From positions 8,758 through 72,757 of the forward strand of contig JAVHRK010000153.1 in NCBI GenBank assembly GCA_036171615.1: a stretch of DNA of 64,000 bases. Direction: 5' to 3'. Under the pieces are notes generated by a model, which was not told the origin of the DNA, did not search any database, and was given only the letters and a program-made list of their open reading frames with translations. The stretch's first letter is position 1. Each line of letters opens with the position of its first letter. The position numbers were made by a program, and so were the translations under genes. This stretch comes from Bacteriovoracaceae bacterium. Its GTDB lineage: Bacteria > Bdellovibrionota > Bacteriovoracia > Bacteriovoracales > Bacteriovoracaceae. Positions 1-10,868 of the stretch are shown here, one piece after another.

Positions 1-12
1 ACCTAGATCATT

Positions 13-708
13 ATGGATGACTATTCTTTAAAAGAAGATTTTAAATACAAACACGATAACCCTTATCATGATCGCCTGGGCGAATTCTCAGACTTTGTCA
101 TGCGTGATAATGAAGCTGAAAGTTTCAAAAATAAATGGAATACCGACGTTTTCAAGCGTGATGGTAAACTTTTTTTAGAAATTGGAACTGGGGCTGGCCA
201 CTTTATGATCGATTATTGCACTAATAATCCACTAGATCATTTTGTAGGTCTTGATTATCGCTTTAAAAGAAGTTTTTACTTAGCTAAAAAATTATCCGTT
301 TTGGAATTTAAGAATTTTCGTTATCTAAGGGCCAAGGGAGAGCGAATTGAGTTTCTTTTTTCTGAAAATGAATTAGATGGAATATTTTATTTTTTCCCCG
401 ATCCGTGGCCAAAAACACGACACCATAAAAAGAGACTTCTCCAAGTAAACTTTTTAGCATCGGCCTATAAAGTTTTAAAAGCTGGTGGAATTTTTTATAT
501 TAAAACAGATCACGACGATTATGCAGAATGGATGGCCCGAGAGATTAAGTCCAGCGGATTATTTAACGTCTTGCTTGAAAGTAAAGACATGCGAGTTGAA
601 CATCCCGAGCATTTCTTAAGTCAGTACTTAACTGGTTTTGAAAAAATCTTTATTGAACAAGGTATTAAAATAAAGGCCTTTGTTTTACAGTCAAAAAAAG
701 AGGCCTAA
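13..708 (+). CDS. trmB: tRNA (guanine-N7)-methyltransferase
   Basis: SAM-binding LEIGTGAGHF, then FFPDPWPKTRHHKKRL and IKTDH motifs typical of TrmB; in-frame TAG at 4-6 fixes the start. Confidence 0.92.
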   Translation: MDDYSLKEDFKYKHDNPYHDRLGEFSDFVMRDNEAESFKNKWNTDVFKRDGKLFLEIGTGAGHFMIDYCTNNPLDHFVGLDYRFKRSFYLAKKLSVLEFKNFRYLRAKGERIEFLFSENELDGIFYFFPDPWPKTRHHKKRLLQVNFLASAYKVLKAGGIFYIKTDHDDYAEWMAREIKSSGLFNVLLESKDMRVEHPEHFLSQYLTGFEKIFIEQGIKIKAFVLQSKKEA

Positions 709-712
709 TAAA

Positions 713-2581
713 ATGTCATTGGAAGATCTTAAAAATAAAATAAAAGAAGACATTCCTATTTCTTCTATTATTGGTAGTTACCTGGCCGTAAAAAAGCAAG
801 GCTCTACTATGATTTCACTTTGCCCATTTCATACTGATACTAAACCTTCCTTGCATATCAATGATTCAAAAAAAATGTTTAAATGCTTTGCATGTGATTC
901 GGCCGGTGATGCAATTTCTTTCGTTATGAAACATCGCCATCTTGAATTTATTGATGCACTAAAAGAAATTTGCCAAAAACAGGGATTACATTTTGAATCC
1001 TACCAAGATGAAAAGAAGTCCCATCCAAAAATGGAAATGGGTAAAAAAATTCTTTCAAAAACTGCACAATTATATAGACGAATGGCCACCACACATAAGT
1101 TTCAGGCCTATGACAGCTTTATTAAAAATCGCGGTTTAGATGAAGAGATTGCAAATACTTATTCCTTGGGATTTGCGACTTCAAAAAACTCTCTGCTTGA
1201 TTATCTTTCCTCCATCGGTGATGAGAAAGATCGTACTTTTGCTTTAGATATTGCACTTGAATTGGGTCTAATAAAAAAAGATAAAGATAATCCGAAGAAT
1301 CACTATGACACTTTTAGAGACCGAATTATCTTTCCCATTTGGGATCATTTTGGCCAAGTCATAGGTTTTACCTCTCGGGCCACAAGAGACGAACAAAAAG
1401 CCAAGTATATGAATTCGCCTGAATCTTTCATGTTCAAAAAGCAAAATATTCTCTATGGCCTTCACCTTGCAAAAAATGCCATCAGAGACCAAGATGCTGT
1501 TATTTTGGTTGAGGGTAATATGGATCAAATTGCTTTATACCATTTTGGATTTAAAAATACCGTGGCCGTCATGGGGATCGCGCTTGGGCCCCAGTCATTG
1601 GAGCGACTCGTTCATTTAACAAAAAATATTTATCTAGCACTAGATTCTGATGGTGCCGGTTTTAATGCGATGACAAGAATTAATGCACAATTAGCCGAGA
1701 AAGGTATTGTTGCAAAATATTTAGAATTTTCTCCTGCAAAAGATCCTGATGAGTTTTTAAAATTGGAAGGCGCCTTAGCTTTGCAGAAAAAAATTGATAA
1801 TGCGCTCCCCGCCTTTGATGTCTTATTAAATAATTTGATTCCTGAAAAAATACCTGAAGTGCTTGATCGGAAATTAGAAATATTGCACCAAGCATTTGAA
1901 CTTATGTCACCTCTGCAGTTAAACCTTGCAGGAACAGAGCGCGTTGTCTCTATGGCAAGACGTTTGGGCCTTAAAGCAGATCCTGCACAAATTATAAATA
2001 ATTTCACAGAACATTTTAAATCCCCGAGGGAAGAAAAGCATTTACCGGCCTTAAAAAAAGTTGAAGAGAATTCAATTGAGAATGAAATTCCTTTTGTTTT
2101 AGAAAATACAAATCGACTTAGTAAAATTGAAAAAATACTTGTGCAAGAACTAGTCCAACTTCCCTCTGTACTTTCAACAGTTAATTTAACTGAATTACTT
2201 GATTTAGTTACCTCTCTTGAGGTAAAAATTTATATTGAGAAAGTTTCCAAGCTAACATTAGAAATAGATGAAAGTGAATATGTTTCAGTAGTGGCTCGGT
2301 TAACAGATAGTGATGAGTATTCAAATGATTTAAAAGAAGCAGCTCGTGGAGCACTTTTTCTTTACCGATCAGTTGAATTAGATAAAAAAAACAAAGCACG
2401 TCTTGTGCATGATTTAAAAATTAAACTTCAAATGGAAGTATTAAAAATTCGCAAAGAGGAATTAAACTTGCTTCAAAAAAAATGTGACGATGTACTTGAA
2501 ATGCAAAATATTTTAAATCAATTAACAGAAATAGAAAAAAAATTACAAATACTAAAAAAATCAAAACCTGAAAAAAAATAG
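713..2581 (+). CDS. dnaG: DNA primase
   Basis: CHC2 zinc finger CPFH...[44 protein letters not shown]. Start moved to ATG 713, 4 nt after the trmB stop. Confidence 0.97.
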   Translation: MSLEDLKNKIKEDIPISSIIGSYLAVKKQGSTMISLCPFHTDTKPSLHINDSKKMFKCFACDSAGDAISFVMKHRHLEFIDALKEICQKQGLHFESYQDEKKSHPKMEMGKKILSKTAQLYRRMATTHKFQAYDSFIKNRGLDEEIANTYSLGFATSKNSLLDYLSSIGDEKDRTFALDIALELGLIKKDKDNPKNHYDTFRDRIIFPIWDHFGQVIGFTSRATRDEQKAKYMNSPESFMFKKQNILYGLHLAKNAIRDQDAVILVEGNMDQIALYHFGFKNTVAVMGIALGPQSLERLVHLTKNIYLALDSDGAGFNAMTRINAQLAEKGIVAKYLEFSPAKDPDEFLKLEGALALQKKIDNALPAFDVLLNNLIPEKIPEVLDRKLEILHQAFELMSPLQLNLAGTERVVSMARRLGLKADPAQIINNFTEHFKSPREEKHLPALKKVEENSIENEIPFVLENTNRLSKIEKILVQELVQLPSVLSTVNLTELLDLVTSLEVKIYIEKVSKLTLEIDESEYVSVVARLTDSDEYSNDLKEAARGALFLYRSVELDKKNKARLVHDLKIKLQMEVLKIRKEELNLLQKKCDDVLEMQNILNQLTEIEKKLQILKKSKPEKK

Positions 2582-2594
2582 TAAGGGAGAACAC

Positions 2595-4355
2595 ATGACC
2601 GTTTCACAATTAGTTTCATCATTTCTAAACTCAAAAGATTTTACTCGTTTGCTTATCAAAGGGAAGGATCAAAATTTTATCACAGCGGAAGAAGTGAATG
2701 ATGCAATTCCAGCTAGTATTATTTTAGCTGAAGACCTAGATGCCATCATGGGCAAATTCCTCGAGCTTAAAATTGATGTCATGGACAGTGCTGTTGAGGA
2801 AGAAGAAGCTGAAGAAGGTATCCGATTAGACGGTACTGAAATCATCGAAGAAACTTTATCTCGAGAAGAAAAAGCTGAATTAAGATCTGCTTCTACTGAT
2901 CCAGTAAAATTATATTTAAAAAGAATGGGTTCTGTTGCACTTCTAACTCGCGAAGGCGAAGTAGTGATTGCAAAAGAAATTGAAGAAGGTGAAAGAGAAA
3001 TTATTCTTTATGCACTATCATCAACCCATGCACTTAAAGAAGTTGTAAAGCTTCGTGAGAAAATTGAAACTCAAGAAAATCCACAAGAATATGTCAAAGA
3101 ACTTGTGCGTGGACTCGATGATGAATCTTCTCCTCAAGACATTAAAAAAGTTAAAGATAGAATCAATGCAGTTATTGATCAAATAACATTTATTCTTCAA
3201 GAAACAGAAAAAGCAGATGGTACTTTAAAGGCATTGAATCCAGAAGAAAAAAAATTAATGGCCGATATCTCTAATGAGCTTGCCGATCTTACTTTTAACA
3301 GAAAAATTATTAACAGTTTCGTTGAACCAGTTAAGCGTTATTATCTTCAATTTAGAGAACTCTATGATCAACAAGATCGTATTTTTAAATTTATTGAAGT
3401 TAAAGATGCAGATGAATATAAAGTTCTTTACGAAAGAACTTTAGAAGATGATGTTTTCAAAAGAAAACTCGCTAAAGATTTATTTACCAGCGATGCTAAA
3501 ATTGAACAATTAATTAGAAATCAAGAAGACATAATCAGAAAACTTCGTCGACTAAGTATTGACGCCGGTATGGAATATGCTGATATTGAAAAAGTTTATA
3601 AAATTATTATTCACGGAGAAACTAAGGCCGATAAAGCAAAGGCTCAGCTAGTAGAAGCGAACTTGAGACTAGTTGTTTCAATCGCAAAAAAATATACCAA
3701 CCGTGGACTACAATTTCTAGATCTAATCCAAGAAGGGAATATTGGTCTAATGAAGGCTGTGGATAAGTTTGAGTACCGTCGTGGGTATAAGTTTTCAACT
3801 TATGCAACATGGTGGATTCGTCAGGCAATTACACGAGCTATCGCTGATCAGGCCCGTACGATTAGAATTCCAGTTCACATGATTGAAACAATCAATAAAA
3901 TGGTAAGAACTTCAAGACAACTGATCCAAGAATTAGGTCGTGAACCAACTGCAGAAGAAATTGCTGTAAAAATGGAACTTCCTGTTGATAAAGTTAAAAA
4001 AGTTCAAAAGATCTCTAAGGAACCTATCTCACTAGAAACTCCGATTGGAGAAGAAGAAGATTCCAGTTTAGGTGACTTTATTGAAGATAAAAAAATAATC
4101 TCACCTGCAGATGCAGTAATGAGTATTACTTTATCAGAACAAACTAGATCAGTTTTATCAACTCTTACACCAAGGGAAGAAAAAGTTCTAAGAATGAGAT
4201 TTGGAATTGGTGAAAAATCAGACCACACACTTGAAGAAGTTGGTCAGGATTTCTTTGTAACGCGTGAGCGTATTCGTCAAATCGAAGCTAAAGCACTAAG
4301 AAAACTTAGACATCCTTCACGTGCTAAGCTTTTAAAGAGCTACGTAGATAATTAA
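2595..4355 (+). CDS. rpoD: RNA polymerase primary sigma factor (sigma70)
   Basis: Region 1.2 DPVKLYL, region 2 [16 protein letters not shown]...[14 protein letters not shown], region 4 [20 protein letters not shown]; downstream of dnaG. Confidence 0.98.
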   Translation: MTVSQLVSSFLNSKDFTRLLIKGKDQNFITAEEVNDAIPASIILAEDLDAIMGKFLELKIDVMDSAVEEEEAEEGIRLDGTEIIEETLSREEKAELRSASTDPVKLYLKRMGSVALLTREGEVVIAKEIEEGEREIILYALSSTHALKEVVKLREKIETQENPQEYVKELVRGLDDESSPQDIKKVKDRINAVIDQITFILQETEKADGTLKALNPEEKKLMADISNELADLTFNRKIINSFVEPVKRYYLQFRELYDQQDRIFKFIEVKDADEYKVLYERTLEDDVFKRKLAKDLFTSDAKIEQLIRNQEDIIRKLRRLSIDAGMEYADIEKVYKIIIHGETKADKAKAQLVEANLRLVVSIAKKYTNRGLQFLDLIQEGNIGLMKAVDKFEYRRGYKFSTYATWWIRQAITRAIADQARTIRIPVHMIETINKMVRTSRQLIQELGREPTAEEIAVKMELPVDKVKKVQKISKEPISLETPIGEEEDSSLGDFIEDKKIISPADAVMSITLSEQTRSVLSTLTPREEKVLRMRFGIGEKSDHTLEEVGQDFFVTRERIRQIEAKALRKLRHPSRAKLLKSYVDN

Positions 4356-4379
4356 ATTGCAGAAAAATTTAAAACTTAT

Positions 4380-4409
4380 AAAAAAGGGCCACAACTCTGG
4401 TCCTTTTTT
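4380..4409 (+). terminator. Intrinsic terminator after rpoD
   Basis: AAAAAAGGGCCA-caactc-TGGTCCTTTTTT stem-loop with U-tract. Confidence 0.8.
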
Positions 4410-4473
4410 ATGCCTTTATAAGTAAAAATCGCTTATAATGTCCCATTAATCATTAATAAAAGAAAATATAACA

Positions 4474-7400
4474 ATGACCGAAAATAACTGGAAAATTCCA
4501 GAACCGATTACTAGTGAATGTTTACGATTTTTTGGGCCAGTTGTTTATCAACAAGGTCTAAAATTTTTTAAACTTTCGCGTGTTTCAATTTCATTTAAGA
4601 AAGGTGATCCAAGCACATACTATATCGTAAGTGGTATCGTGAGAGATGATCGTTCTCATGAATCAAAGATCGTATATAAGAAAAGACTGGAAGAAACTGA
4701 AGAGGGGCCACTTGCTTGTCAATGTGACTGTCAAATGTGGAAAGAAAAACAGAAATGTGGCCATGTCGCTGCACTCTTTTTAAATTATCATGTTCAACTT
4801 CACCTTGAATCACTTGGAGAAGAATATTTTTCAAATGAAACTAATCTACCTCCTATAAGCCTAAATTCGAACTTAGGTGTAAACGTAGCAGAGTATGGAA
4901 CAATATTAGCAGGTCCTCATCACTTATTGGGTGCTCCACCTGCCTCTACATACTCATCACTACAATACTTACTACATGATAAAAAAGTTGTCAGTTTTCC
5001 AATGCCAAGCCCGTTCAGAGGGCGACTTCAATTGTATTTATCTACTGCTGATAAGGTAATCTTCAAATACTTATCCCCTGATGGGAAGTTAAATTTCGAA
5101 ATAAGTATTTTTGAAAATCTGTATTTATTTAACTGGAAAGAAGGAGAAGTTCTTCATCTACCAAGTGAATTAAAAAGACTAGTTCAACGTATTAGACTCA
5201 ATATATTTACCTACCAAATTGACGATATATTACTAAACATTCAAGAACTAAATCTTTTTAACTCTCTTGATTTGTTTATAGAAGGAATATCGTATAATGA
5301 TATTCCTAAAGTGAAGCCGATTCCTCGATTAACCCTGATTCCAGCTGAAAAGAAAGGCCTGCTTCATGTTAATTTGGAATTTTCAAATGGCGAACAGATA
5401 TTAGTTACTCCCCCTTTATTTTTATCATATTTAACTTTTACACATGGAATTTTATCACATTTTAAGAAAAAACAAGATGCTTATGAATTTGTAAAAGCTT
5501 TAGCTGATGGTATTCATTTACAAAATGATCATTACAAAAAACATATAGTCTCTTCTTCTAAAAAAACAAAAGCACATCAGCTTATATCAGAAATTTTAAA
5601 GCCCGGTGATAGTGTCTTGTATGACGAGGAAAATAAATGGTTATGTCTTTATGACAATCACGTTCAACGTGAACTATTTCTCTTATTGGTTGAACATTTT
5701 TCAGAACAATTTTTTAGATACTCTAATATTGATCTCCCGCTAAAAAAATTAACATATGATATTCAACCAACTTTTATCTTTCAAGGTTTAACTGAATTTC
5801 ATCGTAAAGCTTCAATTTATGGAATTGAAATTTATTACGATAGAAATGAAATTTCCAAATGGAATTCACGAATAAGATTTGAAAGAAGATCTTCAAGTAC
5901 GAAGTGGTTTGATTTAGAATTATCAATTGATCAAGATGATCTTGCAGTAATACGTGAAGCCGATCTTAGCAGCGGAATGGTTATTACCAAAAAAGGACTT
6001 ATTCTTTTAAGTAAAGATCAACGTGATCTAATTCGTTTTATGCAAAAGTACACTAAGTATGAAGCAACTGACGAAAAGATGGAAGTTGATGGAAGTAAAT
6101 CTTTTAAAAAATTTTTATTACCCTTTAATCGAGCAAGAATATTTGAACTTTTTGAATTGAAAAAGCTGGGGATAGAAGGAGCATTAAACGATGATGAAAT
6201 CGCTTTGTGTGAGCGTTTAGCAAACTTAGAAGAAATGCCTCAATATCCAGTTCCAGCTCCTCTTGAAAATGTATTAAGACCATATCAAGTGGTAGGTTAC
6301 AACTGGCTAAGATTTCTTCATGAAAGTAAACTTGGTGCCTGTCTCGCTGATGACATGGGACTCGGAAAAACATTACAGGCAATTACGTTTCTCCAAAGTA
6401 TTTATGATAGTATTACGAAAGTGCTAGTTGTTTGTCCGGTAACTATTTTATTAAACTGGGAAAAAGAACTACAGAAATTTTCGACTATGGACATGCATAT
6501 TTACCACGGTGGTTCACGCGTCCTTCCACCAGACAAAAAAATTATACTAACTTCTTATGGAGTCATGAAAAAAGAATCTGAAGCCGTTTTTGCTTCTATT
6601 AATTTTGATGTTCTTATTTTAGATGAAGTACAACAGTTAAAAAATGTAAGATCCTTAGGAGCATTTTCAGCCAGAAAAATTAATGCAGATTTTAGAATTT
6701 GTTTAACAGGTACTCCCGTTGAAAACGATCTTTCAGAATTTTATAATATATTAGATTTGGCCATTCCTGGAATTTGGGGAGATCTTCAATTTATTAGAGC
6801 TGTCTCTAATTCTAAAACTCGCGGCATTGCCAGAAAAACAGCAGCACCATTTATCCTCAGAAGAACAAAATCTCAGGTTCTTCATGACTTACCTCCGAAA
6901 GTTGAAAATAATATTTATTTGGAAATGAATGAAGAAGAATTAAAATTTTATCAATCAAATATGCTTGGTATAAAAAATCGTATAGCAGCATCTGCTTCAA
7001 CAGCTAAATATGGTGAGATATTAAGAGGTCTACTACAATTAAGACAAAATTGTTTATGGCAAAATCGAACTAATGATCAAAATATTAAGCATATTGATTC
7101 TACTAAAATAGAATTTTTACTTGAAACTCTTGAATCAATTTTAGAAGAAGGACATCAAGCAATCATCTTTTCTCAGTTTACAACATATCTAGATATTATT
7201 CAGCGCTACTTTAAAGAACGTCATTGGAAATATTCTAGAATTGATGGAAGTCAGACTATTAATAAAAGACAAGAGCAAGTTGATCTATTTCAAGAACAAA
7301 AAAATCCATTATTTCTCATCAGTCTTAAGGCCGGTGGTGTTGGGCTTAATTTAACAGCTGCAAGTTATGTCTTTATCATGGATCCTTGGTGGAATCCCGC

Positions 7401-7617
7401 GGTGGAGTCACAAGCAATTGATAGGGCCCATAGAATTGGACAAAAAAATAATCTTACAGTTTATCGCCCTATTATAAAAAATTCTGTTGAAGAAAAAGTT
7501 TTAAAACTTCAAGAAGATAAGAAACAACTTTTTGCAGATTTGCTTTCTACGACAGATGATGACGAAGTATTTTCAGGTCGGCTCACGATGAAAGACTTTG
7601 AAATGTTATTTAGTTAG
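4474..7617 (+). CDS. SWIM zinc-finger SNF2/Swi2-family helicase-like ATPase
   Basis: N-terminal CQCDC...CGHVAA SWIM motif; LADDMGLGKT Walker A, DEVQ, TGTPVEN, SLKAGGVGLNL, QAIDRAHRIGQ SNF2 motifs. Confidence 0.9.
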   Translation: MTENNWKIPEPITSECLRFFGPVVYQQGLKFFKLSRVSISFKKGDPSTYYIVSGIVRDDRSHESKIVYKKRLEETEEGPLACQCDCQMWKEKQKCGHVAALFLNYHVQLHLESLGEEYFSNETNLPPISLNSNLGVNVAEYGTILAGPHHLLGAPPASTYSSLQYLLHDKKVVSFPMPSPFRGRLQLYLSTADKVIFKYLSPDGKLNFEISIFENLYLFNWKEGEVLHLPSELKRLVQRIRLNIFTYQIDDILLNIQELNLFNSLDLFIEGISYNDIPKVKPIPRLTLIPAEKKGLLHVNLEFSNGEQILVTPPLFLSYLTFTHGILSHFKKKQDAYEFVKALADGIHLQNDHYKKHIVSSSKKTKAHQLISEILKPGDSVLYDEENKWLCLYDNHVQRELFLLLVEHFSEQFFRYSNIDLPLKKLTYDIQPTFIFQGLTEFHRKASIYGIEIYYDRNEISKWNSRIRFERRSSSTKWFDLELSIDQDDLAVIREADLSSGMVITKKGLILLSKDQRDLIRFMQKYTKYEATDEKMEVDGSKSFKKFLLPFNRARIFELFELKKLGIEGALNDDEIALCERLANLEEMPQYPVPAPLENVLRPYQVVGYNWLRFLHESKLGACLADDMGLGKTLQAITFLQSIYDSITKVLVVCPVTILLNWEKELQKFSTMDMHIYHGGSRVLPPDKKIILTSYGVMKKESEAVFASINFDVLILDEVQQLKNVRSLGAFSARKINADFRICLTGTPVENDLSEFYNILDLAIPGIWGDLQFIRAVSNSKTRGIARKTAAPFILRRTKSQVLHDLPPKVENNIYLEMNEEELKFYQSNMLGIKNRIAASASTAKYGEILRGLLQLRQNCLWQNRTNDQNIKHIDSTKIEFLLETLESILEEGHQAIIFSQFTTYLDIIQRYFKERHWKYSRIDGSQTINKRQEQVDLFQEQKNPLFLISLKAGGVGLNLTAASYVFIMDPWWNPAVESQAIDRAHRIGQKNNLTVYRPIIKNSVEEKVLKLQEDKKQLFADLLSTTDDDEVFSGRLTMKDFEMLFS

Positions 7618-7620
7618 AAC

Positions 7621-8286
7621 TTACCAAGAAATTGGTTCTTGAGCTGTTTTAATCAAATATTTATTACAAAGGGAAAAATGCTTACAGCCAAAAAATCCCC
7701 GATAAGAAGATAGCGGTGAAGGGTGTGGTGCGGTTAAAACCAAATGTTTTTTTTTATCAACTGAGCTCGCTTTGGATTCTGCAGGCTTGCCCCATAAGAT
7801 AAAAACCAGATTTTCTTTTTTTGTATTTAATATTTCAATTACTTTATCTGTGAATACTTCCCATCCTTGATTCTTATGTGACATTGGACTGGAGTCTTCT
7901 ACTGTGAGAATTGTATTTAAAAGAAGAACTCCCTGTTGGGCCCATATCTGTAAATTCCCATCACTTACAGTTGGTGATAATCCTAGATCATCATTAATTT
8001 CTTTATATATATTTTTGAGTGAAGGAGGAATTTTAATATTGTTAACAGAAAATGCTAATCCGTGTGCTTGCCCTTTTTGATGATAGGGATCCTGGCCAAT
8101 AATTACAACTTTTGTTTTTTCAAAAGAAGATTCATGAAATGCATTAAAAATTTTAGACTTCTCAGGGTAGATAGTCTTAGATTCATACTCTTTATCTAGA
8201 AACAGCATCAGTTTTTTAAAGTACTCTTTTTGAAATTCAACTGACAATTTTTTTTCCCACGAGGCTTCTAGTTTAATTTTCATCAA
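7621..8286 (-). CDS. ung: Uracil-DNA glycosylase, family 1
   Basis: GQDPYH, GLAFSV, GVLLLN and HPSPLS motifs. Confidence 0.97.
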   Translation of the reverse strand: MMKIKLEASWEKKLSVEFQKEYFKKLMLFLDKEYESKTIYPEKSKIFNAFHESSFEKTKVVIIGQDPYHQKGQAHGLAFSVNNIKIPPSLKNIYKEINDDLGLSPTVSDGNLQIWAQQGVLLLNTILTVEDSSPMSHKNQGWEVFTDKVIEILNTKKENLVFILWGKPAESKASSVDKKKHLVLTAPHPSPLSSYRGFFGCKHFSLCNKYLIKTAQEPISW

Positions 8287-8995
8287 ATAAATCTTCCTTT
8301 ATTTTTAAAACTTTAGAAAAAACTAGCAATACTTTTTCTGCGTTCACCCACCCTCCACAGCATTCAGGGCTCATGGCAATTGTTAATACTTGAATAATTT
8401 CATTATCTAGTCCACTCTTGATGGCCGTAGCAACTGCTTCCAAATACTCGAGACTATACATCATTTTTTTCTCTGGTAAGGAACTAAAAAAATAATCTAA
8501 ATCCAAATTCATTATCCATTTATTTTCATTGATATATTTTTTGCCGCTAAAAATTGCGTTTAACTCTCCCAGTAATTGATAACCTGAAATGTCATGATTT
8601 AGCGTTTCATTACTTCCTAATTTATGAGTTGCAGAGTAGGTATTTTCTTTGTTAATAATTTCGGGATAAAACTCAAGCATGATTTGAAGATAATTATCCC
8701 ACCTAAAGATAGGTAAATTAATTTCTGGCTGCATGATTGTTTGATATTTTTCAAGCGACAAATTATCAATTTTTATTTTCAATTTATTCACGCTTGCATT
8801 GGCAGAACTCGACATGTCAGGATGAGCGTCGAGGTGAAAAAAGTTATATTTTTTTGTTTTATCAATCTTTTGGAACCAACACCATAAGGCCAGGCGATGA
8901 TTATCCATGATAAAAATATTTTTTTCTTGGTAGAGAATATTATCTGTTATATTAGTTGAACGGTTTCGACCTTTAAACGGAACAAGAAAGCTCAT
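8273..8995 (-). CDS. UPF0489-family (ureohydrolase/arginase-like fold) protein
   Basis: MDNHRLA, HLDAHPD, LDLDYF and TIAMSPECCGG motifs, resembling an arginase-type binuclear metal site. Confidence 0.7.
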   Translation of the reverse strand: MSFLVPFKGRNRSTNITDNILYQEKNIFIMDNHRLALWCWFQKIDKTKKYNFFHLDAHPDMSSSANASVNKLKIKIDNLSLEKYQTIMQPEINLPIFRWDNYLQIMLEFYPEIINKENTYSATHKLGSNETLNHDISGYQLLGELNAIFSGKKYINENKWIMNLDLDYFFSSLPEKKMMYSLEYLEAVATAIKSGLDNEIIQVLTIAMSPECCGGWVNAEKVLLVFSKVLKIKEDLFDEN

Positions 8996-9852
8996 GAATG
9001 AAACATCTCAAGTGAGTAGGAAAATGAAAACTCTTTTCCTTCTAGTAATTTAATAATACCTTCTTTGTTTTCCAGTTTTTGATCATGCGTGATTAAATCA
9101 GAAACTCCATGCCACGGCTCCATGCAAATAAATGGTACACTACCTGTGCCCCAAATTCCCATATAAGAAGTATTTATTCCCGATACTCGAATTACATGGT
9201 TTTGAGTTTTATTTATTAAGTCTACATATTTAGATCGTGGCCGTTTGAAGATTATTGCACCTTTAGAAAAAAGATCTGCACTTGGAGTCAGTCTTGTTTC
9301 TTTAAACATGATTTTTTTTCCAATATCTAAAAGACCTTCTTTCGTCGAAAAATAAGCTTCTTCTTCTTTTTCAAATTGAATTTCATAATCTTCGATTTTG
9401 TTTGTTTCAAAACCAGGATGAGCTCCAATTGAAAAATATATATCTTGTCGGTCAATATTTTTAACAGTGTAGGTTATGTTTAATTTTGCTGCTTCAAGTG
9501 AATAATGAATTTTTAATTCAAATAAAAAAGGATAATGACTGAAACTCTCTTTATTGGCCGTCAATACAAATTCACATTCATGAATTTCGGCTTGTGTGCA
9601 AACAAATTCCATATCTCGAGCAAAGCCATGTTGATTTAGTTGATATTTTTTCTCTTGAAAAAGATATTTATCATTCTTTAATTTCCCAACAATAGGAAAT
9701 AAAACAGGCGCGGAACGTTTCCATGCTTTATCTTCACCTGACCAAAGTAATTCACGGTTCCACGCGCGGTGAAACAGACGCTTCATTTCAGCCCCTTTTG
9801 AAGTGAGTTGTATTGTTAAAAAGCCATTCTCAATCTGGCACCATTCACTCAT
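8992..9852 (-). CDS. Aldose 1-epimerase family protein (LacX-like)
   Basis: APVLFPIVG, HGFARD, GAHPGF and CMEPW motifs; ATGA overlap with the next gene. Confidence 0.85.
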   Translation of the reverse strand: MSEWCQIENGFLTIQLTSKGAEMKRLFHRAWNRELLWSGEDKAWKRSAPVLFPIVGKLKNDKYLFQEKKYQLNQHGFARDMEFVCTQAEIHECEFVLTANKESFSHYPFLFELKIHYSLEAAKLNITYTVKNIDRQDIYFSIGAHPGFETNKIEDYEIQFEKEEEAYFSTKEGLLDIGKKIMFKETRLTPSADLFSKGAIIFKRPRSKYVDLINKTQNHVIRVSGINTSYMGIWGTGSVPFICMEPWHGVSDLITHDQKLENKEGIIKLLEGKEFSFSYSLEMFHS

Positions 9853-9919
9853 TGAAATTCCCCTCTAATTAATGATACAATGGACTCTCTAAAAAGATAA
9901 TCGTTTAAAGGTATAAAAA

Positions 9920-10867
9920 ATGAAAATTATCGAGCACCTAGAAAGGGCCAAGAATCCGCTTTTTAGTTTCGAGATTGTCCCACCACCTCGCGGACGTTCA
10001 GTTCAAGATATTATTGATATTGTTAAAGCACTTGCCCCACTAAATCCCCCTTGGATTGATGTGACAGCTCATGCCTCGTCAGCATATTATAATGAAAAGG
10101 ACGATGGAACTGTAGAACGAAAAATTTATAAAAAACGCCCTGGTACAATTGGCATATGTGGAATTATTCAAAATAGATTCAAAATTGATACTGTTGCTCA
10201 CCTTTTAAGTCTTGGATTTACAAGAGAAGAAACAGAAGATGCGCTTTTAGAGTTAAACTTCTTAGGTATTCATAATGTATTAGCACTACGTGGCGATAGT
10301 ACAAACTATAAGAAAGAAATTAGTCGGGATCGTTCTCAGAACAATTTTGCCTCTGAACTTGTCGAACAAATTGTTGACTTAAACCGTGGCAAACTTTTAG
10401 ACGAAGGAAATCACGGAGCAGACTTTGGCTTTGGCGTGGGAGTTGCCGGTTACCCTGAAAAACACTTTGAGGCCCCAAACCTCAAGCTTGATATTCAATA
10501 TCTGAAAAAGAAAGTTGAGGCCGGTGCAGAATATATAGTTACTCAAATGTTTTTTGATAATGCTAAATATTTTAACTTTGTGAAATTATGCAGAGAAGCT
10601 GGAATAACTATTCCAATTATACCCGGTGTGAAGTTATTAAGAAGTACATCACAGCTTGTAAGTATTCCTAAGAATTTCTATATAGATTTACCTGATCAAT
10701 TAGTAGATGCCATCTCTCATGATCCAAAAAACATTCTGGCAATAGGCGAAGAATGGACTACCAAGCAAGTCCAAGGCTTGCTAGAAGGTGGATGTCCAGG
10801 AGTACATTTTTATATTATGAACGACACGGCCACCATTGTGGATATCGTAAAAAAATTTCAAAGATAA
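9920..10867 (+). CDS. metF: 5,10-methylenetetrahydrofolate reductase
   Basis: [29 protein letters not shown] and PIIPG motifs; 1 nt gap before metH. Confidence 0.92.
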   Translation: MKIIEHLERAKNPLFSFEIVPPPRGRSVQDIIDIVKALAPLNPPWIDVTAHASSAYYNEKDDGTVERKIYKKRPGTIGICGIIQNRFKIDTVAHLLSLGFTREETEDALLELNFLGIHNVLALRGDSTNYKKEISRDRSQNNFASELVEQIVDLNRGKLLDEGNHGADFGFGVGVAGYPEKHFEAPNLKLDIQYLKKKVEAGAEYIVTQMFFDNAKYFNFVKLCREAGITIPIIPGVKLLRSTSQLVSIPKNFYIDLPDQLVDAISHDPKNILAIGEEWTTKQVQGLLEGGCPGVHFYIMNDTATIVDIVKKFQR

Positions 10868-10868
10868 T

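Noticed and set aside
4474-8286. SNF2 helicase plus ung as an anti-phage defence system
   Set aside because: The genes are convergent, not co-transcribed, and no methylase, nuclease or other defence partner is adjacent; SWIM-SNF2 proteins are common housekeeping genes.
9853-9919. SAM or cobalamin riboswitch before metF
   Set aside because: Only 67 nt, AT-rich, with none of the conserved core elements.
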